Positions 36,732 to 52,700 of a stretch of 64,000 nt of DNA are shown here, one piece after another. The position numbers were made by a program, and so were the translations under genes. The DNA comes from Eledone cirrhosa. Its lineage: Eukaryota. Each line of letters starts with the position of its first letter. Position 1 is the first letter of the stretch. The notes under the pieces are model-generated. The model was not told the origin of the DNA. It did no database searches and was given only the letters and a program-made list of their open reading frames with translations. The stretch spans positions 22,878,001-22,942,000 of the forward strand of contig OZ024744.1 in NCBI GenBank assembly GCA_964016885.1, given 5' to 3'.

Positions 36732-37514
36732 CAGGTTGGACGTCGTCAACAGATTTATTGAACATCTTAGGGACATTCAGGTCGACAACCCGACTCCGAT
36801 CTCCTGACATTTTCGAACCACTGGCCACTACACACGCTACCTCAGTGTCTTCGGGCTCTCACATTATGCCAGACTCCCCCTAGCGGAGAGAACAACTTAT
36901 TTTCTCCTTACAACCTTCTTCCTCCTCACCTTAATACGCCACCCATCTTCCTTTAATCGTCTCTGTCATATACTCTCTATCACACACTAAACATACTTCC
37001 TTAACCTATGACACATACTTGTTAATATATTCACACATATCACTGTTAGAAACGTTTCACGTACACATTATAAACTTCAACATACACACGTTATAATTTA
37101 TCATACCCTCACACATACTAATCCACTCTTCTCACCAACATGCGGTACACCACCGATATTTTACACACACACAAAACTACTTCAACACGCATATACAGTA
37201 CACACATTCAAACTTACATTTACTCACATATACATGTCTACTACCACTAACATATATATATACACATACACACACTATCTTTGTTACTTTATTCAATTTA
37301 CCTTTAAATTTCACACACGTTTAAACATACACTTACATTCACACATATAACAACACTAATACATACACATATAACGACACTTACACTCACACTAATAACG
37401 ATATTAATACACACACTACACTTGGCGTTCCAACTCGTTACCATGACTACCCGACGGCATTCTTGTTTTCCCTCTTCATTTCCGATTTTTCTGTTTCTCC
37501 ATTGTGATCTATTT

Positions 37515-37552
37515 GTTCTCCTGAAAAAGGACTTAAGCCCAAAACGTCGAAC
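37515..37552 (+). ncRNA. Degenerate minimal hammerhead at the Penelope 3' end
   Basis: gttctc-CTGAAAA-aggacttaagccc-AAAAC-GTC-gaac. Two core G residues are mutated, so it is probably inactive. Confidence 0.5.
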
Positions 37553-37629
37553 TTTCTTTCCTCTTTCCAATATAAAGCGTGAAACTAATAAGACTTCTGT
37601 ACCTCTGTTTCTTGTCTCCACGGACTATA

Positions 37630-37667
<38 letters not shown>

Positions 37668-37976
37668 AACAGTAAAAACAAAAGTCAGGTGTAGGTAGAG
37701 AGTTAGTTCATTGTTTTATGATCATTTCAGAGGGTCGATTGATCGATATATCGACTAAACACATACACACACACACACACATACACACACACACACATAT
37801 ATATATATATTGTTATACTTGGGGAGGGTCATATTTGTGTAATATTGCCAGAATTAATAACAGAACACACTCACTGTTTGGTTGGTTTTCGCTTCTGTGT
37901 CTTTTATATCGGTAATCTAATTTATAACAATATTTGTTTCGACACACGATTTCATATCAAAAACCTCGCAAAACTA

Positions 37977-38007
<31 letters not shown>

Positions 38008-38074
38008 AATGATTTCTTTATTTCTTTTTTTCTTTCTTTATTTACTTATTTATTTATTTATTTATAATAATAAT

Positions 38075-38213
38075 AATTGTTTCTACTTTAGGCACAAGGC
38101 CAGCAATTACCTAGTGCATTACTGGTACTTTATTTTATCGACCCCGTAAGCATGAAAGGCAAAGTCAACCTCGGCGGGATTTGAACTCAGATCGTAAAGG
38201 GACGTAACTATGC
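38075..38213 (-). mobile_element. SINE, 5'-truncated
   Basis: Reverse-complement match to 1038-1215. Confidence 0.85.
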
Positions 38214-38230
38214 TATATATATATATATAT

Positions 38231-38706
38231 TTATTAAAATAACAGATTAAAGTTTAAGCAAAGAATCGCTGCTTTCACGCTTAAGGGGATCTTCTGAAAC
38301 TAAAAAGTCAATCTGTGAACGCAGAAGTGGATATTTCAAAAAACGTTGCAACCGGAGGAAGACAGGAAGACGATACTTTGGTACGTGGAAACGTTCCCTA
38401 GCAGAGAACGGGAAAAAACGAATATAATACGTCATTAATGGGAGCGGTGAAAAACAATTGCACGCAAAGAGAGGACCACGTTTATGGTATAAAAGAAGTC
38501 GTAGACTAATGTTCTCTTAGGTGGTTCATAGAGACGAATGAAAAAAACGAAGATAATACGTCATATGTGGAACGTGGAGAACAATTGCACGCAAAGACAA
38601 AACGACGTAAATGGTATAGCAGAAGTCGTAGACTAAAATTCTAACTTGGAAACCGAATGATTCTCGGCTTCAGAGTTAAGAATAAAGTAAATAAAATACA
38701 GAGGTA

Positions 38707-38709
<3 letters not shown>
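38231..38709 (-). mobile_element. Solo 3' terminus of the Naiad-type element (hammerhead-like motif at 38244-38314)
   Basis: Aligns with 820-1490 minus the SINE. (TA)n on both sides. Confidence 0.85.
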
Positions 38710-38744
<35 letters not shown>

Positions 38745-38754
38745 ATAATAATAA

Positions 38755-38811
<57 letters not shown>

Positions 38812-38815
<4 letters not shown>

Positions 38816-39095
38816 TTAAAATAACAGATTAAAGTTTAAGCAAAGAATCGCTGCTTTCACCCTTTACGGGATCTTCTGAAACTAACAAAGTCAATCTGTA
38901 AACGCAGAAGTGAATATTTCAAAAAACGTTGCAACCGGAGGAAGACAGGAAGACGATACTTTGGTTCGTGGAAACGTTCGCTGGCAAAGAACGGGATAAA
39001 ACGAATATAATACGTCACTAATAGGAGCGGTGAAAAACAATTACGCGCAAAGAGAGAACCACGTTTATGGTATAAAAGAGGTCGTAGACTAATAT
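38812..39095 (-). mobile_element. Second solo 3' terminus of the Naiad-type element (hammerhead-like motif at 38826-38897)
   Basis: Aligns with ~822-1300 minus the SINE. The 3' end lies in (TA)n. Confidence 0.85.
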
Positions 39096-39181
39096 TTGCT
39101 CTACGGTTCTTATATATTTGATATATATTTATCCTTATCGAACCCTCTTTGGATTTTAGTCTTCAATTTTATTATTATTAT

Positions 39182-39422
<241 letters not shown>

Positions 39423-39604
39423 TATAATTAATAGCTAAGTGGTAAGACTTGTTACGCTGAAGCGCCACTTGCGCACTCATAGGTTTATCAGACACGACAG
39501 TCTTGTCATTAAATAAGTGTCCTATGTCGGTAAATAGCTTTGGCAAAGTTGGTTGAGCATCGAACAGAAGGATTCATGTATTCCTTTCGAGCATTTATTT
39601 TAAA

Positions 39605-39755
39605 ATTCTGAGTTCAATTCACTCCGAGAACAACATCACCATTTATATTTCCGGAGTCGATAAAATAAAGTATAAGTGAAATACTATGAGTCATTGTCCT
39701 TGATTCGCCTCCATTGAAAGAATTGCTGACTTTGTACCTTAGGAAGAAATCATTA
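39605..39755 (+). mobile_element. Old SINE copy
   Basis: ttctgagttcaattcactccgag...ggagtcgataaaataaagta...aattgctgactttgtacc. Confidence 0.6.
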
Positions 39756-40210
39756 TATAATGTCTTCTTACATTTCTGACAGGCTCGTAATTAAAGAGAG
39801 AGTTGTTAGCTGCTATTTATAACAGGTCGAGCCTATAAAACAGTTCTTGTGAGATGCCTGGGTTTGATAGTTAATGAAAGGAAGACCAATTCTTCGATTT
39901 ATAATTATATGCGTAGCTCTCTGGCACAAAACGGATTCACTAACAAAAGAGCTCTCTACCATATTAGAAATATATACTGATTTATTATTATTGGGTGTGT
40001 CCTACAGTATGTGTGCGTGTTTGTATAATTGTGTGTGTATGCGTGTGTGTATAAGTGTGTGTGTATGTGTGTGTGAAATATCTACCCATTCTGTTTATTT
40101 GTCATTTCTAAGTTGGTGATACCTCTATTTATAAGTATTAAATCAAAGTTAGATAAAAACACAAACATTTCACTCTCTCTCACTTCGCACCTAGATATGC
40201 ATCCCTGCCA

Positions 40211-40254
<44 letters not shown>

Positions 40255-40465
40255 GTGTGTATATATATATATATTTGTGTGTATATATGCGTGTGTATAT
40301 ATATGTGTGTGTGTGTGGGTGTGTATGTATATATCTATATATATATGTATATATATATATGTATATGTATATATATATATTTACATATATATATATACAT
40401 ACATATATATATATGTATACATATACATATATATATATACAAATATATATATATGTATATATATT

Positions 40466-40497
<32 letters not shown>

Positions 40498-40745
40498 TAA
40501 ATACATGTATATATATACATATATACATATATACATATAAACACACACACACATATATATACACACACATATATATATTATATATATATATATAATATAT
40601 AAATGAAAAGTATAGAAATTATTGTAGCAAGAAGCCAACAGTATTCCATAATATATAATATATATATATATATAATATAACTTAGAGTTTACACTCAATG
40701 GGGTCATTTACAATTATTTTAGCTCTAAGAATCGCTTCTGAGCAG

Positions 40746-41425
40746 TATAAATTAATATATGATAAACATTTACATGTTTTTTTTTGCAATTGACAATAAA
40801 TAGCTAGAATGAAATATCATAATTCAAATACATATAGTCAGCCTGTACAGATCTAAAAAATAATAAATCAATACTCATAAACACATACGGGCAAAAGGCC
40901 TTGGTACCTAGACACGTTTAAATTTCAAAATACAAACTTTTTCCGCAGATCAGTCCGAACTTCAAAATTTAAACGTGTTTCACAAAGGATGGTATAATAG
41001 TGAAATAATTAATTAAGTAGTAGTGAGTTAATTAATTTTCTGTGTTTATCAATAGGTGCATAGATAAATTAAGTAACTTCACCTCGGAAAAATATCTAAG
41101 GTCTGGTTAACGTAGCGAAAATACACGAGGTTTTGCACACGACTTATTCCAATCCTCTAGCCTCCCACAATCATAGTGCTAGAAATAACAGCCGTTTATA
41201 TGGGACACGTTTAAATTTTGAAGTTCGGACTGATCTGCGGAAAAAGTTTGTATTTTGAAATTTAAACGTGTCTAGGTACCAAGGCCTTTTGCCTGTATGT
41301 GTTTGTGAGTATTGATTTATTATTTTTTAGATCGACACAGGCAGACTATTTGAATTAAGATATTTCATTCTAGCTATTTATTGTCAATTGCTAAAAAAAG
41401 AAATGTAAATGTTTATCATATATTA

Positions 41426-41432
<7 letters not shown>
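40746..41432. repeat. Long inverted repeat (~230-bp arms, ~226-bp spacer); foldback/MITE-like
   Basis: 40746-40978 is a high-identity reverse complement of 41205-41432. Each arm ends internally in a 14-bp hairpin acacgtttaaattt/aaatttaaacgtgt. Confidence 0.85.
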
Positions 41433-41492
<60 letters not shown>

Positions 41493-41532
41493 AGAGTGAA
41501 TACATATATATAGCTGTGGTGGTGTGTGTAGG

Positions 41533-41578
<46 letters not shown>

Positions 41579-41717
41579 GGGAGAGAGAGGGATATATGTA
41601 TGTATAAGATAAATATGTCTTTGGTACTAGTATATCATTTAATATAATATTCTCACAAATAATTGCTTTCTTCAGATATCTGAATGAGTTTCCACTACGT
41701 TTTTATTTCTTCTCATT

Positions 41718-43015
<1,298 letters not shown>

Positions 43016-43143
43016 TCTCTTACTCACTGTCCGTCTTTATGATCCTCTTTATAAAAACAGAAATATCTAATGTGTCTATCTTAAAAATATATATGTGCAT
43101 GTAGATCGGTATATCGTGCGGGTGGACATTTTATATACATAGG

Positions 43144-43177
<34 letters not shown>

Positions 43178-43447
43178 CGTATGCATACAGACATACACAC
43201 AAACAAGACTTTTGAGGAGAAGAAAGAGAGATACAGAGAGCCAAAAATAAGTGGTTAGATAGGTAGATAGATACACGTATAGGTATTAACACAGTCACAC
43301 ACACACACCCATACACACACACACATACACCCATATACACACACACATACACACAGACACACATACATACACATACATACACTCACATTCACACACACAT
43401 ACACATACACACACACTGACACACACACACACACACATATATATATA

Positions 43448-43494
<47 letters not shown>

Positions 43495-43565
43495 ATATAT
43501 ATATATGTGTGTACATATATGGGTATAAACAAACATACACATTAATGTGTATGTTTGTTTGCTAT

Positions 43566-43607
<42 letters not shown>

Positions 43608-43883
43608 TTATCAATTATATAGAGGTCATGTTACTGCAATAGTAGTGTCATAGAACTACCAAATTAACTCAAGTGGTGGTGAAGCCTGTTTCCTAAGTAA
43701 AATCACATGCTCTATCTACTTGACAGCCGCACAAAATACTAAATCTTGCCCACATTCAAATTCTTATTTTCATATTTATCTTATTTTAATACATTTTTTA
43801 TTATTTTTATATATATATATTTCTGCGCAGTAGGGGGAGATGGGTGAGAGGTTGAATATTTTGTATATATATATGTATATTTG

Positions 43884-43916
<33 letters not shown>

Positions 43917-44086
43917 ATATGTATATGTATGTGTGTGTGTATATATGTATGTTTAAACTCTCGGCATTGCCTGATGTTAAGTAGTATAAAGTTGTTTTAC
44001 TTTTGTTTCACTTTTCATTCACAGATTGGAACCAAAGTAATCCCCACGATTGCCAACTGTCGAAACATAGACACACACAACACTAC

Positions 44087-44203
<117 letters not shown>

Positions 44204-44383
44204 TGTATGCACACACACACACACACACTCACACATACACACATATACGCATTCACACACATACACGCATGCACACACATACACACACACATAAACACAG
44301 ACACACACACATATATATATATATATAGATATATACATATACATATATATATATTTATACATACGTATATATATATACATGTA

Positions 44384-44425
<42 letters not shown>

Positions 44426-44740
44426 TATATATATATATATATACGTGTTTATAATGTGTTTATAATTCGTGTAGGTGGTAATGTAGTGAATGACGTACGC
44501 AAAAAATTCTTAATGAATTGACATGTACGCATTAGTTGAGAAAGGAAAATGAAAAACCTACCGTTAATTCATAAGGACTGCCGAAGACAGGGGACGTAAT
44601 TGCGTATTAATTACAAACAACCTTGAAATAATTTTTGTAAGCAAGGTGGCAGCTGCAGTCATATTTCAATATTCAGTAATGTACTGGGATAATTGCTGGC
44701 CTTGTGCCAAAGTAGAAACAATTATTATTATACCTCATAA

Positions 44741-44930
44741 GGCGGTATATTGGCAGTATCGGTAGAGAATCGGACGCCATGCTTTGACGCATAGAGTTAC
44801 GGCCCTTGCCCTTCTGAGTTCAAATCCCGCCGAGGTTAACATTGCCTTTCATTCTTACGGGGTCGATAAAATAAAGTACCAGTAATGCACTGGGTATTTG
44901 CTGGCCTTGTGCCAAACGTAGAAACAATTA
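44741..44930 (+). mobile_element. Full-length tRNA SINE, preceded by a SINE 3' fragment at ~44675-44725
   Basis: Consensus match. Imperfect TSD attatacctcat / attatatctcat. Confidence 0.85.
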
Positions 44931-45184
44931 TAATTATATCTCATCAGCAATTATTATTATACATTTTCAAGGCAGCCGCCGTCGAAGGCTCAGGCAACTT
45001 CGGACTCCGTAAAATCGTAATGACTGCTGCCCGGTGTGTTGGCTATTGCAACAGGGGTCGCTGGCCATTGTCCGAGACCTTTGTCATTTTTTCTACTGGA
45101 CGCAGTCGAAACACCATACTGTCTTTCGTGTAGAGTCTGTCACCTCTTCTCCCTTTCTTTCGTTGTTTAACCCCCCCCCCCCGC

Positions 45185-45259
<75 letters not shown>

Positions 45260-45676
45260 TCCTCTCTTTTGTAGTCATTTACGATGTTACTTTCTTTTCA
45301 TATATATCTGACTAAATATTAAATTCTTTATTAAATATTATTCTGCTAATATATATATACATACATGGTGGCTACCAACTCGTTTTCGAGTACGGCCACT
45401 ACTTTATATCCATGTAGGAGAACCCCTACCGATGCGCTGAACGAGTGTGACTTTTTACTCCAGCCAGCGACTTGAAAACTCTGGTACAAACACTACACTT
45501 GTGACAATTATTGACACATAGTGCTGGGCCCATGGTACCATGTGAGGACAAGTGCAGAGAGATCTCCAGATCATTGGATACCATCAGGGTTGCAGGTGTT
45601 ATATCAGAGTTTTCCTTCTCCTAGAATTCTGCCTTGACAAAGGCTAAGGGGTCATCTCTCCCATAAACATACATAC

Positions 45677-45767
<91 letters not shown>

Positions 45768-46178
45768 CACACATATATGCATGTATATTGAAAACAACAT
45801 GATCAAATGATTAAACGATTTGCACAATAATCGAGTATCGCTAGGTTGTTCTCTGTCCAGTGCTTTCTCTATCGTGTCCCCGGGGTGCAGCTGTGATATA
45901 CCACTTAGCCAAGGGTGTAAAGTAGGCCTCACCCTACCTCCTCATTTTCGTAATACAATTTTGTTCTTAACGCTTACTGTTTATTATCACCAGGTCCAGT
46001 TTGGTCTCCCAGTTCGGCATCTTATGAAAGACTTTCTAACAGCGCTAGTATTTCAAAAGATCAGCGTTTTTTCCACCAAGAGTGCACAGTTGTCTCTGGA
46101 ATACTCAGCCATTTGCTCGATCAACCCTAAAACTGACGATAGTCTGCACATGCAATCATTAATTCACCACCGCTCGTA

Positions 46179-46265
<87 letters not shown>

Positions 46266-46380
46266 TGTATATATATATATATATGTGTGTGTATATAGAT
46301 ATATGTATATATATGCAGAGGTTAAGGTTGTCTTTTTTTCAAGGTATGTCAATATTTATTTATAAAACTAATCTGTATTG

Positions 46381-46446
46381 TATTTTATCTGATGAAAGCG
46401 CACCATAATTTGCCTTGGTTGCCCTTGAAATATGTATAATAAAATA
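46381..46446 (+). ncRNA. Type I hammerhead ribozyme in a ~170-bp solo pLTR-like insert in (TA)n
   Basis: tattttat-CTGATGA-aagcgcacc...ggttgccctt-GAAA-tatgt-ATA-ataaaata. Perfect 8-bp stem I, imperfect stem II, short near-palindromic stem III. Confidence 0.7.
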
Positions 46447-46485
46447 AATATGGTTTTATAAATATAGTTTCTATTTGTTAATATA

Positions 46486-46594
<109 letters not shown>

Positions 46595-46691
46595 TATATA
46601 CACATATATATATATTTATATACATATATATCGGATCTAGCTGTCGAAACAGCCGGAGCTCAGCTGTCGGGGTCATGAATCTTTTCATATA

Positions 46692-46791
<100 letters not shown>

Positions 46792-47083
46792 GGATACTGT
46801 AAAAACCTGTTTAGACAATTACTAACCAGAGTACTCGATACTTTGGGTAGTAGAGTGGGTAATAGGAAAGGGTCCCGTGTCCCTACTCATATATATATTT
46901 CATATATATGTTTGTGTGTGTGTTTCTATGTGTGTGTGTGTGTGTGTACATGTGAGTGAATGTGTGTGTAAGGGTATGTGTGTGTGCAAATATAAATGTA
47001 TATATGTATGTATTAAGACATCTCTCTAGGAGAAGGTCACTCTCATATAAAACCTGCCACTTCGTTTACATCCAATAAATAAT

Positions 47084-47188
47084 TGTTTCTACTTTAGGCA
47101 CAAGGCCAGCAATTACCCCAGTACATTACTGGTACTTTATTTTATCGACCCCGTAAGGATGAAAGGCAAACCTCGGCTGGATTTGAAC
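47084..47188 (-). mobile_element. 5'-truncated SINE with 8-bp TSD
   Basis: taaataat at 47076-47083 and 47189-47196. SINE consensus match. Confidence 0.8.
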
Positions 47189-47326
47189 TAAATAATATAG
47201 ACCAGTTCTTCTTTTTGGGGTAAATGTATTCGATGTTCAGAGTGTGGGATTGGCCCCGTGCAAAGCCCTTCCTCACTTAAAAAAGCTTCCAACGCAGGCA
47301 TTGCTTGAAATCCAGTTGCAGTCATC

Positions 47327-47411
47327 ATGTATGTATGTGTTTGTATATGTGTTTGTATATATATGTATGTATGTATTTATGTATGTATGTATGTGTTTGT
47401 ATATGTGTTTG

Positions 47412-47443
<32 letters not shown>

Positions 47444-47605
47444 TGTATGTATGTATGTATGTATGTATGTATGTATGTATATGTATGTATGTATTTATGT
47501 ATGTATGTATGTGTATGTATGTTTGTATGTATATATATGTATGTATGTATGTGTATGTATGTATGTTTGTATGTATATATATGTATGTATTTATGTATGT
47601 ATGTA
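47327..47605. repeat. (TATG)n/(TACA)n microsatellite at the 3' end of an RLE LINE
   Basis: Direct reading. Confidence 0.9.
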
Positions 47606-49529
47606 TATTATCTCTTTCTCTTAATTTCGAGTATATTTTTTTGACCGGCCACCTTCCTGGTCGCAAGGTTGTAAAAGAAAAGAAATTGTCATCCCTTGAA
47701 TCGCAAGAATGTTTTGTAAATTTTGAAACTGCCAGCTAACGCAGCCATTTGTAGTCCATGAATTAGGGAGTTGCGCTCTTTGTCCGCATATCCAAGTTCA
47801 GTCATACTTTGGTCCAAGCGGGCTGGTATATAACCCGTAGCTCCAATAATGATAGGTATGAAGCTAAAGGTGTATCTTGGATACTGGATCTGCAAACTCC
47901 TAATCAATGGTCCGTAGATGTCCTCCTTCTCCTGTATTTTTCTGACAACGTTTACATCAAGTGGGCAGCTGATCTCCACAACAGAACACGTTTTCAATGT
48001 GTGATCCCAAACAACAATACTAGGCCGGTTGTGCTTTAATTTGGTGGCAGTATTCCTTAGTGCCATCTGTCTCAATATATTCTTCCTCGTTTGTTGTTAA
48101 TTTTGTTTTCCGAAGTGCGTTCCAGATGGTTCTAGCTATCCCATCGTGTCTCATGGGGAGGTAGTAGCGAGATGACATTCTTTCGCAGCTGGCAACAATG
48201 TGGCTTACATCCTCGATCTTTGTTTTACATAGTCTATATTTATTGTCAGCTGCTGGCCCTCCTCTTTTGTGCAGCAGATATTTGGTAGGGAGTTCTTGTT
48301 CCTGTATTGCATAGAGATATCCCTCAAGGTGTGATGTCATAAACTTGTCGGAACTCCATGCCAGGCTTTTTGAGTGGTTTATCCCCTCTATGGTCTGTGT
48401 TTTACGTCTCAAGTATCAATGCACAACTTTTTCTGTAAATTGGTCAATTTTTTCACCTTGTTTGAACATTGAATAGGATCTTCCGATTTCTCTGGTTGAG
48501 AGATTTATATCAGGCTTTATTCCATATCTCTCCTTCAGATCAGTCGCTATTCTAATGATATATTTTTTTTCATGCTCATAAACCTGGGCAAGATGGTTGC
48601 CAACCTTTTTCCTCTGTTGAAGGTGTTGCTTCAGTGTTACTATCCGGGTCTCATATGATGTTAATATTGATTTTAGACCCCGGCCACCTTCCTTGCGTGA
48701 GAAGTATAGCCTATCCACATCACCATTGATGTTAAAGTTCCCAGTAACACTGAGAAGTTTGCGAGTTCTAACATCCATCTCACTTAGTTTTTGCAATGAC
48801 CAGTTCAGCAGGCCAAATGTTGGCGTTAGAATTGGCACAGCATAAGTATTGTGGGTAATGTATTTGTTGTACGCTGACAGTTCTGATGACCATATTTTCT
48901 TTAATCTTCTGATGTATTCAGTTCTGGTTCTCTCCTTATAAATGGATCCATCATATCTGACATTCTCATCCTGTCCAAGATATCTGTAGTTGTCACCTGA
49001 CTGTAGAGGTTGTATTGTCAGGCCGTTCATCTCTAGATTTCTAGAGGTGGGCACATTCTTCCACGTTTTACTGCCAAATATGCACACTTGGACTCACCAA
49101 ATTTCATTTTGATGTCTTGAAAATTGTGTAATCAGGTCCAATTGTTTCTTGATGTCATTGATATTTGGCCCATACAACTTTAGGTCATCAACAAAGAAAA
49201 GATGGGAGATACTTCTGGACCCACTTCTTTGTCCACCTTGTTTCCTGAGTAGGTAAGATAGTGGATTTAGTGAGAGAACGAAGAGTAGCACTGACAACCT
49301 ATCACCCTGAAAGATGCCCTTCTGGTAATGTATCTTATCAGTCTTAACTTGCTCCTTCTCACCTCTAAGGATCAAATTGGTGTACCAGTTCTTGGTCAGA
49401 CGTTCAACAGCAGCTACCAGTGGTTGTGGAACTTTGGCTAACTGTAAAGCCTTAACAATCCACCCATGAGGTACACTATCAAATGCTTATTGATAGTCCA
49501 GCCACACCACAGTCATGTTTCTGCGATTC
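47606..49529 (-). mobile_element. Second R4/Dong-like RLE LINE, frameshifted, cut off by the gap
   Basis: GIFQGDRLS, LFFVDDLKLY, YRYLG, DVDRLYFSRKEGGRGL, AIQEQ, RLCKTKIEDVSHIVASC, RHD, HNRPSIVV...VEISCP. Confidence 0.85.
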
Positions 49530-49729
49530 NNNNNNNNNNNNNNNNNNNNNNNNNNNNNNNNNNNNNNNNNNNNNNNNNNNNNNNNNNNNNNNNNNNNNNN
49601 NNNNNNNNNNNNNNNNNNNNNNNNNNNNNNNNNNNNNNNNNNNNNNNNNNNNNNNNNNNNNNNNNNNNNNNNNNNNNNNNNNNNNNNNNNNNNNNNNNNN
49701 NNNNNNNNNNNNNNNNNNNNNNNNNNNNN
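49530..49729. other. Assembly gap (200 N)
   Basis: Run of n; adjacency across the gap is unverified. Confidence 0.99.
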
Positions 49730-52700
49730 CAGTTCTTAAGATTCAACTGTTGTAAAACGAGTTTTATCTTAAGATTCAGCTGTTGTTAAAACGAGTCAGT
49801 TCTTAAGATTCGACTGTTGTTAAAACGAGTTTTATCTGAAGATTCCACTGTTGTTAAAACGAATCAGTTCTTAAGATTCAACTGTTGTTAAAATGAGTCA
49901 GTTCTTAAGATTCAACTGTTGTTAAAACGAGTTTTATCTTAAGATTCAACTGTTGTTAAAACGAGTCAGTTCTTAAGATTCAACTGTTGTTAAAACGAGT
50001 TTTATTTGAGGATTCAACTGTTGTTAAAACGAGTCAGTTCTTAAGGTTGAACTGTTGATAAAACGAGTCAGTTCTTAAGATTCAACTGTTGTTAAAACGA
50101 GTTTTATCTAAAGATTCAGCTGTTGTTAGAATGAGTCAGTTCTTAAGATTCAACTGTTGTAAAAACGAGTTTTATCTTAAGATTCAACTGTTGTTAAAAC
50201 GAGTCAGTTCTGAAGAATCAACTGTTGTTAAAACGAATTTTATCTTAAGATTCAACTGTTGTTAAAAGGAGTTTTATCTTAAGATTCAGCTGTTGTTAAA
50301 ATGAGTCAGTTCTTAAGATTCAACTGTTGTTAAAACGAGTTTTATCTTAAGATTCAACTGTTGTTAAAACGAGTCAGTTCTTAAGATTCAACTGTTGTTA
50401 AAACGAATTTTATTTGAAGATTCAACTGTTGTTAAGATGAGTCAGTTCTTAAGGTTGAACTGTTGATAAAACGAGTCAGTTCTTAAGATTCAACTGTTGT
50501 AAAACGAGTTTTATCTTAAGATTTAGCTGTTGTTAAAACGAGTCAGTTCTTAAGATTCAACTGTTGTTAAAACGAGTTTATCTTAAAATTCAGCCGTTGT
50601 TAAAACGAGTCAGTTCTTAAGATTCAACTGTTGTTAAAACGAGTTTTATCTTAAGATTCAACTGTTGTTAAAATGAGTCAGTTCTTAAGATTCAACTGTT
50701 GTTAAAACGAGTTTTATTTGAGGATTCAACTGTTGTTAAAACGAGTCAGTTCTTAAGGTTGAACTGTTGATAAAACGAGTCAGTTCTTAAGATTCAACTG
50801 TTGTTAAAACGAGTTTTATCTACAGATTCAGCTGTTGTTAAAATGAGTCAGTTCTTAAGATTCAACTGTTGTTAAAACGAGTTTTATCTTAAGATTCATC
50901 TGTTGTTAAAACGAGTCAGTTCTGAAGAATCAACTGTTGTTAAAACGAGTTTTATTTGAAGATTCAACTGTTGTTAAAACGAGTCAGTGCTTAAGGTTGA
51001 ACTGTTGATAAAACGAGTCAGTTCTTAAGATTCAACTGTTGTTAAAACGAGTTTTATCTTAAGATTCAGCTGTTGTTAAAACGAGTCAGTTCTTAAGATT
51101 CAACTGTTGTTAAAACGAGTTTTATCTTAAGATTCAACTGTTGTTAAAACGAATCAGTTCTTAAGATTCAACTGTTGTTAAAATGAGTCAGTTCTTAAGA
51201 TTCAACTGTTGTTAAAACGAGTTTTATCTTAAGATTCAACTGTTGTTAAAACGAGTCAGTTCTTAAGATTCAACTCTTGTTAAAACGAGTTTTATTTGAG
51301 GATTCAACTGTTGTTAAAACGAGTCAGTTCTTAAGGTTGAACTGTTGATAAAACGAGTCAGTTCTTAAGATTCAACTGCTGTTAAAACGAGTTTTATCTA
51401 AAGATTCAGCTGTTGTTAAAATGAGTCAGTTCTTATGATTCAACTGTTGTTAAAACGAGTTTTATCTTAAGATTCAACTGTTGTTAAAACGAGTCAGTTC
51501 TGAAGAATCGACTGTTGTTAAAACGAGTTTTATTTGAAGATTCAACTGTTGTTAAAACGAGTCAGTGCTTAAGGTTGAACTGTTGATAAAACGAGTCAGT
51601 TCTTAAGATTCAACTGTTGTTAAAACGAGTTTTATCTTAAGATTCAGCTGTTGTTAAAACGAGTCAGTTCTTAAGATTCAACTGTTGTTAAAACGAATTT
51701 TATCTTAAGATTCAACTGTTGTTAAAACGAGTTTTATCTTAAGATTCAGCTGTTGTTAAAACGAATCAGTTCTTAAGATTCAACTGTTGTTAAAACGAGT
51801 TTTATTTGAAGATTCAACTGTTGTAAAACGAGTTTTATCTTAAGATTCAGCTGTTGTTAAAACGAGTCAGTTCTTAAGATTTAACTGTTGTTAAAACGAG
51901 TTTTATCTTAAGATTCAACTGTTGTTAAAACGAATCAGTTCTTAAGATTCAACTGTTGTTAAAATGAGTCAGTTCTTAAGATTCAACTCTTGTTAAAACG
52001 AGTTTTATCTTAAGATTCAACTGTTGTTAAAACGAGTCAGTTCTTAAGATTCAACTGTAGTTAAAACGAGTTTTATCTGAAGATTCAACTGTTGTTAAAA
52101 CGAATCAGTTCTTAAGATTCAGCTGTTGTTAAAATGAGTCAGTTCTTAAGATTCAACTGTTGTTAAAACGAGTTTTATCTTAAGATTCAACTGTTCTTAA
52201 AACGAGTCAGTTCTTAAGGTTGAACTGTTGTTAAAACGAGTCAGTTCTTAAGATTCAACTGTTGTTAAAACGAATTTTATTTGAAGATTCAACTGTTGTT
52301 AAGATGAGTCAGTTCTTAAGGTTGAACAGTTGATAAAACGAGTCAGTTCTTAAGATTCAACTGTTGTTAAAACGAGTTTTATCTTAAGATTTAGCTGTTG
52401 TTAAAACGAGTCAGTTCTTAAGATTCAACTGTTGTTAAAACGAGTTTATCTTAAAATTCAGCCGTTGTTAAAACGAGTCAGTTCTTAAGATTCAACTGTT
52501 GTTAAAACGAGTTTTATCTTAAGATTCAACTGTTGTTAAAATGAGTCAGTTCTTAAGATTCAACTGTTGTTAAAACGAGTTTTATTTGAGGATTCAACTG
52601 TTGTTAAAACGAGTCAGTTCTTAAGGTTGAACTGTTGATAAAACGAGTCAGTTCTTAAGATTCAACTGTTGTTAAAACGAGTTTTATCTAAAGATTCAGC

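Larger units (their letters stand above)
33980..37620 (+). mobile_element. Internally deleted Neptune-type Penelope element with amplified GIY-YIG motif
   Basis: PLE N-terminal motif LPLSCSERSLLSRGLRF (~34080-34135); no RT; Cys linker RCHTC; FICTCTNLVYGLHCSLCGSIYLG; after the array GQVGRR, frameshift, RFIEHLRDI...HF...GH; 3' degenerate hammerhead at 37515-37552. Confidence 0.8.

Noticed and set aside
35430-36807. Alternative-frame ORFs (MESIDKTKVDSSAQTT)n and (MDSIVVCAELSTLVLS)n
   Set aside because: By-products of the 48-bp repeat. Only the LVYGLHC frame connects to flanking protein homology, and these frames are broken by recurrent stops.
44575-44655. ccgaaga...ccttgaaa hammerhead-like string
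   Set aside because: The core is mutated and stems I and III do not pair in register. At best a decayed remnant.
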